Source: Minutocellus sp. GHC0000111
Taxonomy: Eukaryota
Reading direction: 5' to 3'
NCBI GenBank assembly: GCA_977018835.1
Contig: OZ361261.1
Location: 1,426,001 to 1,490,000, forward strand
Length of the DNA stretch: 64,000 nt
Part shown: piece by piece, positions 36,967-47,960 of the stretch
Layout of the letters: each line of letters opens with the position of its first letter
Position numbering within the stretch: position 1 is the first letter of the stretch
Position numbers and translations under genes: made by a program
Notes under the pieces: generated by a model
Database searches by the model: none
Told to the model about the DNA's origin: nothing
The model's input: only the letters and a program-made list of their open reading frames with translations

Positions 36967-38304
36967 CTACTCTTCGTTCTCTTCCCACCACCTATTCTTG
37001 AGGCTCTCTTCATCGCACGGATGATACCATTTTGGATAGGGTCCATTACCAGGAGATAGACGATAATCATAAAATAGCTCTTCGTTGGATATATCGCGAG
37101 CAGCCATCAGGCCGAAGCCATGCATGGTTATCAAATCTCGATCCAACACCTTTGGCCCTGTCAGCATCGGGTCTTTCGCGTAGGTATTGGGAACGTACCG
37201 ATCCAGTCCCGACGTTTCCAGCTTCATCTTTTCTGTAAAATTAATCATGACCGTTCGACAGTTTGGCACAATATTCTTTGGCGGATGGTTGACGATATGT
37301 CCAATAGCCCATGGATTGCTCTTAACGTCATTCAGCACAGTATACGCAGCCTTTCGAGAGTCAACCAAAACATCGTCATAACGAATCGAGAGTTGGTAAT
37401 TGTTGTCGTCCTTGAAGATCGATGTACTAAATGCTGCATTGCTTAGATATTCCTTGGGCCATATTTGGCCAGGGAAAAAGGCAAGGAGTGATCCGGCCAA
37501 GGCTGTGCCATCAACAAAGACCCCTCTTCCAGCCCCAGGCACCGTAGACTTGAGAGAAAGGACCGAGAAGCCCAATTGTTCGCGAATCAGGATTGACTTT
37601 ACCATGTTAATCATTTGATAGTGCCGTATCGCTGCATTGACGTCATCATCTGCGTTTTGGGGATAATATCCAAAGCCATCAGCAGTGGGCTCATCTGATA
37701 CTTCTGCTTTCTTCTCTTCAGTTGCCTCAACATCTTCAATATCAAGCCATCCCTTTGCCGATAAAACTGTCTCGAGGGCATCCTTCTTAAGGTTGAGAAA
37801 TGGACGCAGACTCCGCACATTGATGTTGGGCGAAGCAGATGAGCCCAATATATTGCTTGATGATAGTTGCTTCAGAACACTTTTGTATTCATTAGTCAAT
37901 GTAGACCGAAACTTATCATCGTCCTCCGTTCCCAGCTCCACCTCTTCGCTGGCATGTGCGGCGCTTGGAATCGCCTCATCGACATCTCGAAAGGTCTCGA
38001 AGGCCTTCAATATTTCCGGCGCCAAGACATTCTGTAGTTCATACCGTAGACCAACAATGGGAGTTGCGATTACGTTGGATTCCTCCAGCTTTGCTACCGC
38101 CTCATCGATCAGAGCCTCAACCTGCTCCTTGGTTTCGGCACCTTCCTCATTGATTCGACGTTCCAGTCTCATGGCTTTATGCGTTGAGGCAAGAATGGAC
38201 ATGTACAAATCCTGACGCTCTTGCATGTCACGAGGCGTCTCCTGTCGGTTGAATATGGTGCGAAAGACATTGCGCGCCTTGGCCAGGATGCCTTTGGATG
38301 ACAT
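36967..38304 (-). CDS. SET-domain protein, SETD9-like
   Basis: Motifs KSTVPGAGRGVF, LAFFPG, NPWAIGHIVNHPP and AARDISNEELFYDY. Confidence 0.8.
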   Translation of the reverse strand: MSSKGILAKARNVFRTIFNRQETPRDMQERQDLYMSILASTHKAMRLERRINEEGAETKEQVEALIDEAVAKLEESNVIATPIVGLRYELQNVLAPEILKAFETFRDVDEAIPSAAHASEEVELGTEDDDKFRSTLTNEYKSVLKQLSSSNILGSSASPNINVRSLRPFLNLKKDALETVLSAKGWLDIEDVEATEEKKAEVSDEPTADGFGYYPQNADDDVNAAIRHYQMINMVKSILIREQLGFSVLSLKSTVPGAGRGVFVDGTALAGSLLAFFPGQIWPKEYLSNAAFSTSIFKDDNNYQLSIRYDDVLVDSRKAAYTVLNDVKSNPWAIGHIVNHPPKNIVPNCRTVMINFTEKMKLETSGLDRYVPNTYAKDPMLTGPKVLDRDLITMHGFGLMAARDISNEELFYDYRLSPGNGPYPKWYHPCDEESLKNRWWEENEE

Positions 38305-38568
38305 CGTTTTGTTACTCTAATGTGTTGCAATATATGCCATAATGTTATGTTGGCCGGTGCGGTGGTTGTGTTTGCTGCGATCTGTCCGTCGTCACAAGCA
38401 AGCCATGAGCGCGCCAAAAATGAGGGGAAGCAGCAAAAAGCAAGCAAGCGCGGCCATCACGGATCGAAACCGAACCCCTCTCCTTCTTCATTGATGCCAC
38501 AAAATCAATTGCAAGACTGATAATTACCCAACTACTACAGTATCAGTCAGTAAGTGGAAGATAGAAAG

Positions 38569-38994
38569 ATGCCAAAGTCAGATACGAGCACTACTGCCAA
38601 TATCACGAAGCAAATTTCGGCTTCTGCTTCGAAGAAGATTCCTGCGATTGCCAAGCCCAAGAAGGCCAGCAAGACGACGTCGAAGAAGACCAAGACCAAG
38701 TATCCTCCAGGATTTCGTGGGTGCAAGACGTGCGGTGGGACCGACCACCGTCGCTGGACCAAGCACAAGTGTCCGAAGCATCCCAACTACGACCCGCCTC
38801 TTCGTCGAGGTAGCTCATTCGAGTGGCCATTCTCATACAGCCTCGATGAGGACTACGGTAAAGGTGGCGGCGACTGGTCGGGTCGTCCCGGCCATAGATG
38901 CACTGTCTGTGGTAGGAGCTCCGAGGGTGTTGGGCCCAGGCGAGGCTTTGATTATGACGACGACGTCTGCGGTGGATGCTGCGACCTTGACTAA
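38569..38994 (+). CDS. Small basic zinc-finger protein (knuckle-like CxxC...H...C plus CxxC/CxxC)
   Basis: Lys-rich N-terminus, CKTCGGTDHRRWTKHKCP, and CTVCG...CGGC. Confidence 0.55.
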   Translation: MPKSDTSTTANITKQISASASKKIPAIAKPKKASKTTSKKTKTKYPPGFRGCKTCGGTDHRRWTKHKCPKHPNYDPPLRRGSSFEWPFSYSLDEDYGKGGGDWSGRPGHRCTVCGRSSEGVGPRRGFDYDDDVCGGCCDLD

Positions 38995-39782
38995 TCCTGG
39001 ATGAAACAAACTGTTGCGTAATTATTCTTGATTGAAAGGACAGATTCGACCCATTAAAAGATGAAGCAAACACACAATTTCTAAAGAAGTAGCGAATATG
39101 AAAAAATCTAAGTGTAGCAAAAATATCTTGTGATAGGAAAACTAATTTTTATTTGTGATGATGTAGAGTTGTAGAGATGATATGACATACGCGACAATTG
39201 TAGTCGCAGCAGTATGTGTAACCATACGAGGCTGCATTTGCATCAGTAAGAACGATGTTATTGATATTCGTTCTTACTGCTGCAAATGCAGCTACCTATC
39301 CAATTGGATTTGGTTCTAACTTTTCATTATGATAGATAGATTTAAGCTATACTTAGCGGGACGACACCACCACCACCACCATACGAGGCTCGTACATGTA
39401 ATGTTGTTGTTGTTGTCGATATGAAAACGAGCGAGCCCCGACAATGACAGCAGAGACTTTATTCTCACGCCAATCCCAAGCTTCAAGGGAAGAATGGTGT
39501 ATGTCACCAACAAAGAGCAGCCTGTGCATCTGGCCAAGTGATAAATGGTGATGAATGCGTAGAGACTTCATTCTCTTCACAATGATTTGTGTAAAGGAGC
39601 TTGCTTCGTATGGATTTATTTACAAAAGAAGAGTGGAAATCTTGAACCTGCAAAGAAATGAGAAGAAATAGAAGAATGAGCCTTAAAAGCCGACGATGTG
39701 AAGAATCTGCCGCGAACACATTGAATCGGCAATGCTGAGGGAGCAAATCCAAAGAATGGAGTTCAAGTAGGAAAATGAAGTA

Positions 39783-41876
39783 TCAAATAAGAGAGCTCTT
39801 CTTGTTCGTCAGATCGGGATCCTTCAATACTGTCCTTGGTAAGGAAAGACTTGCCATCGTCACTGAACTTGCACCCACAACTTTGAAGCCATTCTCTGCC
39901 CTCCTTGGCATCCTCCTCATCGGCCATGTCAAAACCAAGCTCGGATAACACATAATCAACGGGAATATGTGGGCGAAAGGCTTTCTGGATGCGCTGCAGC
40001 GCATCTCTGCGAACCGATGGGACGAAATAGTCCATAAGGTATGCCCCCATATTTGGACAATCATCCTGTAGTGTGAAAATGCATGATAGTCAAACTCCGC
40101 GACAGCCACCCGAACCTTGAGCGCATGAGAAATGGTAGGATCAGCACGCTGCTCGGATGATAAGGTTAGCAAGATTTTCATCATGTCCGAAGAACCCCCT
40201 TCATACTTTTTGTTCCCTGAAAGAAATACGTAGTAAAGAATGCGATAAGCAATAAATTCCGTCTCATTCTTCAGACCGGCCTTCTTTTCAGATTCGTCGT
40301 GCGCAAGTTTCTCGTACAGGTCCTTGAGTTGCGTCTGGCATTGGTTAAACTCGTTCAAATCCCCTTGCTCTAGAGCAATACGGGCGTGAGTTTCGTGAAC
40401 ATGAACCGCGAATGCATTGAATATCCTTTGGACCGTCAAGTCTTGCCGTAGAGCCTTGAACTGGGAACAGAACCAAACGTAATCCCGCTTACCTCCGCCT
40501 CCACGCTCCTTCTCTGGCTTGAGCCACAGTGCCTTGAGATTTGCCAAGTGCTCCTTCAGGATAGGTTCGGGCCGGACCAGCTCCGCTCGCGGCGGTGCTG
40601 TCAGACGCAAATATTCCTTTTCAAGCACGGTGCATGTCCCCTTGGTTGTCATGACCTCGAAGTCTTCCTCATTTAGCTTCCGAGTTCCCCCAATCACCGT
40701 CTTACCCATATACCGCTCCACGTTGTTGATCATACTTGGCTTGGCAGCATCGCTCAGACCTCCCTGACCCGAGAAACGAGCCTGCCGAGCGTTCAGGGTG
40801 GCATTTGACCTCTCGAATCCATCATCCGCCTGCGGGGCGTAGTAGCTAGCATCCGAGTTCTTTTGCTTGCCTTGCTTCCCTTTCTTCTTTTTGTTCCCTC
40901 CGCGCAGCCCTTGCTCGGACTGGACCCAGAGTCAAAGGCAATAAAGTCCGACTGATCTTGACCAAAGGACGATGATGGGCCATAATAGCTGCTCCTGATA
41001 CCACTGCCTCCACCACCGCCGCCGCCGCCACTCCCACCACCATAGTAATGATCACTGCCAGAAGACCTTTGCTTCTTGTAAGGGGGGGACTGCCATATTG
41101 TTGCTGCTGATACTTATAGTGCTGCTGGGGTTCCTCCAGGGGAACGCACTCCAACGAATCCCAATCTGTCGTGTGAAGACTGCCGCTGCGAATGTGATCG
41201 CTAATGACCGTCTCGACCTTGGCCTGGATGCGTTTCTTTTGCTCGGCCGTGGTGCACCGGGCCAAGCACCGGTGGACGTACCGCTTCATGGATTCCGGTG
41301 GAGGCGCAGGGGCACCGCTAGCCGGGCAGCAACTGGTGTAGGTGCAGCCGCAGGTGTCTGACCAGCCCACTGACTCTGTCTCTGCTGCTGAGCCTGATAT
41401 TGCCCATACTGCTGCTGCTGCTGATAAGACGGCTGCTGCTGCAATGCCCCTGTGCTCATCAATGTGTTGTAATAATGCGCACATCTAGAGCTGAGTTCGG
41501 CGTAGTAGTCCGCCCATCGCGCCCGATTTTGGGCCTCCTCCTTCTGCGGCCCGGCGGGGAGAGTCGCGGCCAGCTGCGACTGCTGAGATCCCTGCGACTT
41601 CCACTCCTGATAGATGGCCAAATACGCCGCCACGAATTGCTGCGGGGTGGAATGCGGTGGCGGGAGGGTGTGGCCCGGCGGAGCCTCCGGTTGCTGGGGT
41701 GGAGCTGTTGCTGAGGTGGTGGCGGAGGGTTGTTGTTGGGCTGCCATACCAGCGCCGCCGGCGGGAACCCACGCGGTGCCGTTCCATTCCATCGCCCCGG
41801 TGCCTGCCGCCGACGTCTGCTGCTGCTGACGCTGCGCCTGCGTCTGGTACTGGTAGTAGTTGTATTGGGAGGCCAT
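39783..41876 (-). CDS. SAC3/GANP/THP3-family protein (LENG8-like); frameshifted
   Basis: GTCTVLEKEYLRLTAPP..VRPE, CSQFKALRQDLTVQRI and HETHARIALEQGDLNEFNQCQTQL. The N-terminal Q-rich region and YVHRC/TDWD segment lie in other frames (frameshifts ~40070, ~40850-41050, ~41300). Confidence 0.85.
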
Positions 41877-42097
41877 TGTTCTCTGCGCGGCGTTGAAGTT
41901 TGAAGTGGCATGGAGCGAGGATGCGTGCGGCGACCAGACCGATTTACTCCCGAAATGCCAGAAATTATCCTAAAACGCCTCAACTCTTCAATCTGAGGAG
42001 TCCATAGCACCGGTACCGGTAGACACGACGTTGATTCGTAGACGTCTGTATTTAGAGCTTTAATGATACAATATTTTACATGCGCATCTCAAGAGAT

Positions 42098-43649
42098 CTA
42101 CTCCACCTCCTGGCCCTGATCCTGCTCGTAATCGTCCTCAACTGCTGGTAAATATTTCATCAAGATTTCCACACTGACAAATTGCTGTCGACAACAGGGG
42201 CACAATGCCTCCTCCTTCTTGGAAAGCCAAAGCTTGATGCAGGAAGTATGGAATGCATGTGGACATGACGAGCCCTTGGTAGACCAAGAAACCTCGTCGT
42301 CGATGGAATATGGACACAGGCAGATGGCACAGGAATTGGGAACGATTCGGCCTCGATGCTTTCTCATAATTCTGTTGATTTTGTCAGATTGGAGCCCGCA
42401 ACCTCAAGAATGGAAACTCGGAATCGACATCTTCTTTTGTCATGGCGTCCAAACCTTCTTCTTTGTCTTTCTTGTCGATTACATCTTCTTCGTCTCTTTC
42501 CACTTTACACGTAGACGATGAAACATCGTTATTGAGTCCATCGTCCTGGCTTGCGCTTCTAGTCTCACCGCTGTCTTTGTTTTTCATCGGATCATCGGCA
42601 TCGTTTGTACTTGCACTAATGCCTTCCCCGCCAACTTCTTCTGCATCCTCAGCCGTCAATAAATCTCCATCATTGACCCACATGCTCGTATTTTCCAACA
42701 CTGCATCAAGTATCCTAGTCCGTTCTTCCCGCTGCACCTGTTCTCTTTGCTGCGCTGCTGCCATGAACCACGAAGCGCCCGCCACGGACGTGAAGGGATT
42801 GACGTTCGATCCAAAGTTCAAGCCCGCAAATGTTCGAATACCATCCTGCGCATCATCGTCGGTTCCACTGCTCTCGCGACGTAGATAGACCAGCCGCATG
42901 GGTTCATCAGTGCTGCGTGCACCGGCGACACTAGAAGGATCGGCAGCGACGTTTAAAGATGACGATCTCGTGGTCGCAGTGGTACCACTCCCAGCCAAGA
43001 CAGTGATGGGCCGACCATCGGCGCTCATACCACGGAACAGAACCACATCCGTGCTGTTGTTGATGCTGCTGCCTCCTCCCTGTCTTGGGCCGTTCGCACC
43101 CAACATTAGACTTCCGGCAAGAACTCCATCGATGCCCCCCGCAGCAGCAGCGTCATAGGCCTCATCCTCCCTCCGCCGACGTTCCAGCTCGGCCATGGCC
43201 TCGATGTACCAGTCGCTCCCACCCGGCCCTCGCGTTGCGGTGAGCATCCGTCGTTCTCTCTGCTCCATCTCGAGACGAGCCGCGCGGGCTCTTCGTCGGT
43301 AGGCACAATAAGTCGGCACGACGCAGCACAGAACTAAACACAGGTACCATAGGGCAAAAGCGGTAAATTCATACGCATCCCCTTTGGGGTTGTAGTATGG
43401 ATCAGCGTTGGGGTTACCATTATTGTCATCAGCATCGGCGGTCGTGTTTGTGCTCATTAGGCTGTTGTTTCCGATGCTGGCGCCTCCGCCACCGGCACTT
43501 TCCATAAAGATGTCGTTTTCGGCTGCCGACGCATCATGTTGCTGCGAGCCATCAACATCTGCGAGAAAGCGTCTAGAATAGCAGCAGGGTGGCGACAGGC
43601 GTCGTTCGGCGCGGCGCCGAAGGTACGGCTTTCGCTTGAACGTAGACAT
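42098..43649 (-). CDS. Transmembrane RING-H2 E3 ubiquitin ligase; frameshift ~42380
   Basis: TM FALWYLCLVLCCVVPTYCAY then RRR. C-terminal CAICL...CPHAFHTSCIKLWL...CPCCR. Confidence 0.8.
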
Positions 43650-45234
43650 GGTGGCGGCAAAAAGTGACAAAATAAAAATGGATGCCCTGCCCTACATGTA
43701 TCCTGTAGAGTGCAGATGCCTAAGCTTGGATGATTGCAAGATGTTGGCTCGATGCCGGGCCCTTTAATAATTTTTTTTGCTAGCTAGCTATGCTTGAAAA
43801 ATTAGGGGTGGGTGTGGGAGGGGTAGTTGTTGACCTGAAACAGGTCATTAGGGTTAGTCATTTTGAAGCACTACCAATTTTTGTATGAAAAATTGGCGAG
43901 GCAGGCTCGTTTACGTAGAATGCGTAGAACTGGTGCTAATTTGGCTGACCGACTCTGGACACACACGCAAAATTTGCTTGCATCGGGCGTTGCCAGCGCG
44001 ACTTTGCAAAAATGGCAGCTTGAGAGGGAAAAGACTCTGCCTTTTTTTGTTTCTTTTTCGTTTTTATTCGCATGGATAAAGTTTTACCGCGCGCAACACA
44101 TCCATCCATGAATATTTTTTTATGTTTTCGGGAAAAAAGGACCAATGACTTTGCACATAGCTATCGCAATGGTTACGGGTGAAGATGAAAGTTGCACTGG
44201 TGACAGTTGAGCCCATGGTTGTCATAATGCCGCTCTGCAAGTGCCAGCCCTAACAGAAAACTGAAAAGATACGGGTTGCTGAAGATGTGCTATATTTTTG
44301 CGTCATGTTCGGATTCCGGTCCAAATTATTGCAAAAAAGTTCGAAAGGAATAGTTTTTGGATGGAAACATGTTGTGCTGCTCCGGACATTGCAGAAACCC
44401 GCTTGTCGCGCCCAAAAATGCGTAACCCTTACAGAGGGGCTAAGTTATTTTGGTTGGATGACCCGATTCCCCCAAAGTGGTGTGTTTCCAAGCCAGCATC
44501 GACGCTGTTTTTAGGAAATTAGAAAATTGATTTAGCTGCTTACGGCTAATTTGGATCAATTTTTCGAGCAAGCACGGCCTTGATTCGAGCAAGCACGGTT
44601 TCGGATGTCTTACACATCCTTTCAAAACAAAAAATACCATGTTTTTCCTCTTCAGTGCAAAAATTAGCGATTTTTGATTTGTGTTGTTAGCACAGAAGTT
44701 ATTGAGCGGAAGTTACCATTGTTTTGCCCCCCCCCTCTGTACTCTACAACAATGAGTTAGAATGCTTCGTTCAAAGTTACCATTGTTTTCTTACCGCTGA
44801 TTTGCCACTCTCTTTCTCCCTTCCGTGACCTTCCTTTCGCTTACCGGCACTGGCATCAGTTCCTAAACTCCGAAACCGGCTCGTCTGTCCGTCGCTCATC
44901 AGGTCCGGCACGTTGAGATGTTGAGATACATGTGCTCATTTTGCTTGGATGGAGCGAGGACCAAAGGTACCATATCCTAACGCCCAGACTCACATCCACA
45001 CCCACACCCAACGCTCTACATCTCATTTGTTCGCATTTATTTGTTGGTAAACAAACTGGAGTGCAAAACCGACACGATTGGAAGACGATTCGGAAAGAAA
45101 ACGAACACAATCAGCGAGTTGATTCGATTCGATTCGATTCGATTCGGAAAGTGTCCAAATCAATCAATCAATTTGGAGAGTATCAAATTGCAGTGCATTT
45201 GCATCACATTGTAGGGAAAATTCAGTAATCCAAC

Positions 45235-45555
45235 ATGGCACGCAAGCAGCAGACCGCGCGTACTAGCATCAAGGGTGCTGTCCGTGGAAAGAAATCTCAG
45301 GTGGCACGCAGTAACGTGAAGATCCGTCCAACACCGAGAAGAGAGGCGCCGAAGGAACGAACAATCTCAACAAGTGATTGGGTTGTTGTGCCACGCAAGC
45401 GGCAGGTAGCGCGCAGTAACACCAAGGGTCCCGTTCGTGGACCGAAATCGCAGGTGGCACGCACTTCACTTCCTCGCTCTTGCAAGGTTCAACTGAACGA
45501 CAATATTTCTGTTGCCGGCCTGAACATTTCCGGCACGAATGAAACTGTTGGCTGA
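45235..45555 (+). CDS. Small basic protein with four histone H3 N-tail-like motifs and no histone fold
   Basis: MARKQQTARTS..KKSQVARSN..RKRQVARSN..PKSQVARTS. Good start context caacATGG. Internal nucleotide duplication (caggt(g/a)gc(a/g)cgca). Confidence 0.6.
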   Translation: MARKQQTARTSIKGAVRGKKSQVARSNVKIRPTPRREAPKERTISTSDWVVVPRKRQVARSNTKGPVRGPKSQVARTSLPRSCKVQLNDNISVAGLNISGTNETVG

Positions 45556-45697
45556 ACCACAATCCCCGAACATGCAGATTGTTGATTGAGTTGTCAGCCA
45601 TTGTTTTGCTACATGTACCTCTATTTTAGACAGACCACAATCCCCGGACATGCAGATTGTTGATTGAGTTGTCAGCCATTGTTTTGCTACGTGTACC
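45556..45697. repeat. Direct repeat, 2 x ~64 nt, 78-nt period
   Basis: accacaatccccg(a/g)acatgcagattgttgattgagttgtcagccattgttttgctac(a/g)tgtacc at 45556 and 45634. Confidence 0.92.
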
Positions 45698-46322
45698 GCA
45701 TGTACCGCTATTTTGCATGTGCCGTTATTTTGACTCCCCCACCCTCCCTCCGTTACAATTTTTCTCTAGTTAATCCAGTTAATTTTTTTTTCAACCAAAA
45801 ATACCAGTTTTTAAACGATAAAGTGCTTCATGCACGCATTAATTTCTCCTCGCAACAATGAGAGCAGGATGGCTTTTGTATTCCGGTTTGGAGCATTTAC
45901 CTTTTGTCTCGAAGCATGCAAATCGAATCCACAAATCTCCCGGTTCAAAAAAATGTACCGGCTTGGGCCTTCAAGAATCTCCTTACATTTATCGCTGCAG
46001 TCTCAGGAAGATGCAGTAGTCTGCAAAGCCACGATCGTCCCACGTCATTGTGTTGTTCCATGAGCGCATCGCCCTGCTCGACTGTCCATAACTGAAAAAA
46101 TACCCCTTTTTGCTTACAAATTAAAATAGTGTATATTTTCATGAGTGCCATTCAATGGCTGATGTGAATTGATTGGCGCACCTTGACATGAATGGATTGG
46201 CGCACCTTGACATTAATGGATTGGTGCATTGAATGGACTGGCCAGAACGTTCCATTTGCCATAAATTCAATTCGTCCTGTGAACAACGTGCCATTCCATA
46301 AATTCAATTCAAGCCGGTAGCA

Positions 46323-47278
46323 ATGGCCCGCACCAAGCAGACAGCCCGCAAAGGTGGTCCACCTCTACCCACCAACCATGCCGCAAGTGCTAGAGGAAGT
46401 CGAGGTGCAGCAAAGCCTCCATCTGAATTAGTTGATACCAGAACTGATCCTTCAGTTTTTGGGATAATTGGTAATGCCGAACCCATTGAACATCCTCATG
46501 GCGCGAGGGACGTGCGATGCACTGCCGACACTGCAACTGCCTTTTTTGACATCGGTCTGCACGACCTTAAGAATTTCGATAACATTGACCAGGGAAGGCT
46601 TGCAAGACTACAGATCAGTGAACCTTTTGTCATTGGTGGCATCTGGTGGGTGATGGGAATTGACAAAAGGCACTTGTGTTCCAGTCGTGCCCGAATTGTG
46701 GCACACTTATTTTGTGTCTCTCTTGAGCACCGGCTTTCAAATGGCAACCTGAACTCTTTCCCACTCAGATGGAAAATTAACAGAGGTACCAATGTTTTTG
46801 ATGCTGAATCCGGTGAGGCCTTCCATATGTTCCAGGCAGTGATGTGTCTGCTGGTTTGGTTCAAGTTTCAGGTTCGTTTGCGTTCTTAATGAAAACAGGA
46901 AACATCACAGGAACATCTGGGAATGTTGGGTTTGGAGGACAACCCATGGTTTTGCACGGTGCGGCACACCAACCAATTTGTGGAGATGTTTTGCTTTTGG
47001 CATCAGAAAACGAGGAGCTGTTAGGTGATAACAAGATGCAACTCACAGTCAAGTTCTTGGGGGACCTTCCGGTTCTGGGCTCTTTCCATGCCGGTGTTGC
47101 AGTTGCGTCGAGTGCTGCAACCAGCCAAGACAAGAGCAGTGGAGATAGAAAGAAATCTGATGGAAATGAAAACAAGAAAGAGCAAGGAGAAGGAGAAGGA
47201 CAAGGACAAGGACAAGGACAAGAACGAAGACGAAGACGAAGACGAAGAGAGAATGAACAACAAGAAACCCAGAGCTAA
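46323..47278 (+). CDS. H3-tail mimic (ARTKQTARK) fused to a MATH/TRAF-like domain and charged tail (2 exons)
   Basis: Starts MARTKQTARKGG. Predicted intron 46813-46898 (G|GTGAGG...ACAG, phase 1) joins ORF 46323 to ORF 46844. MATH-like pattern SEPFVIGGIWWVMGI...VAHLFC...GFG...LLGDNKMQLTVKF. Confidence 0.6.
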
Positions 47279-47960
47279 GTGATCAGTGAGTGCGGAAACG
47301 GCGGAAACGGTTGAATTTATCAAACCAACAGACATGCAGGTTAAAGCTACGTGCATGCTAGTAACAGTCAACACCTTACACACCAGGTGCTTGCGCTATG
47401 CAGCAGGAATCAACACTGCACAAGTGCGGCAATCCGAATGCCACTTGGCACTACTAGAAGCTAGAGTGTAGACGTGCATAACTTGGAATCCTACGTACGT
47501 CCGTAGATCTGTGTCCCTCTTCCTCCTTTTATCTTATTTTTTCATTTATTTTTGTTCGAAAAAATAGAACATTTTAGTTCTGTCTAAAAAATTAGGATAT
47601 GTCCAACGCAAAGTAAAAAAAGATCCATTGTCACAAGATGCAAAGATCGGATATCGCAAAACCTCCACATCTTGTGACAATGAGTTCAGATACTCCAGCA
47701 CATGGTTCTGCCTTAGTTGTGTTGTCTGCAAGGTGTCTGTAACATTTGCTACCAAGTTAAGCAATTTGGTGGAAATTGACCAATGCCAGCGAAGAACAAC
47801 AAAGGAAACAATTTGAGGAAAAGAGGAAAAGGGGGAGTCGATTTCGCCATGGAGCCACCGCTAGGACCAATTGTGCTACTTCGAAGTCATTCAGATGACG
47901 AGGATGACAGGATGCGATGACCTTTGAAACAATCAACATTCTTGCCATAAAAACTTGACG

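Noticed and set aside
45556..45697. CRISPR-like array
   Set aside because: Only two long copies, no spacer series, no cas genes, and a eukaryotic context. The same applies to the repeats at 36738 and 58043.
45235..47278. Canonical histone H3 or CenH3 genes
   Set aside because: Similarity stops after the first ~10 residues. No KPHRYRPG or histone-fold sequence appears in any listed frame.
43800..47950. Assignment of the island to a specific transposon class
   Set aside because: No transposase, reverse transcriptase or Rep-helicase ORF, and I could not find matching terminal inverted repeats, LTRs or a target-site duplication.
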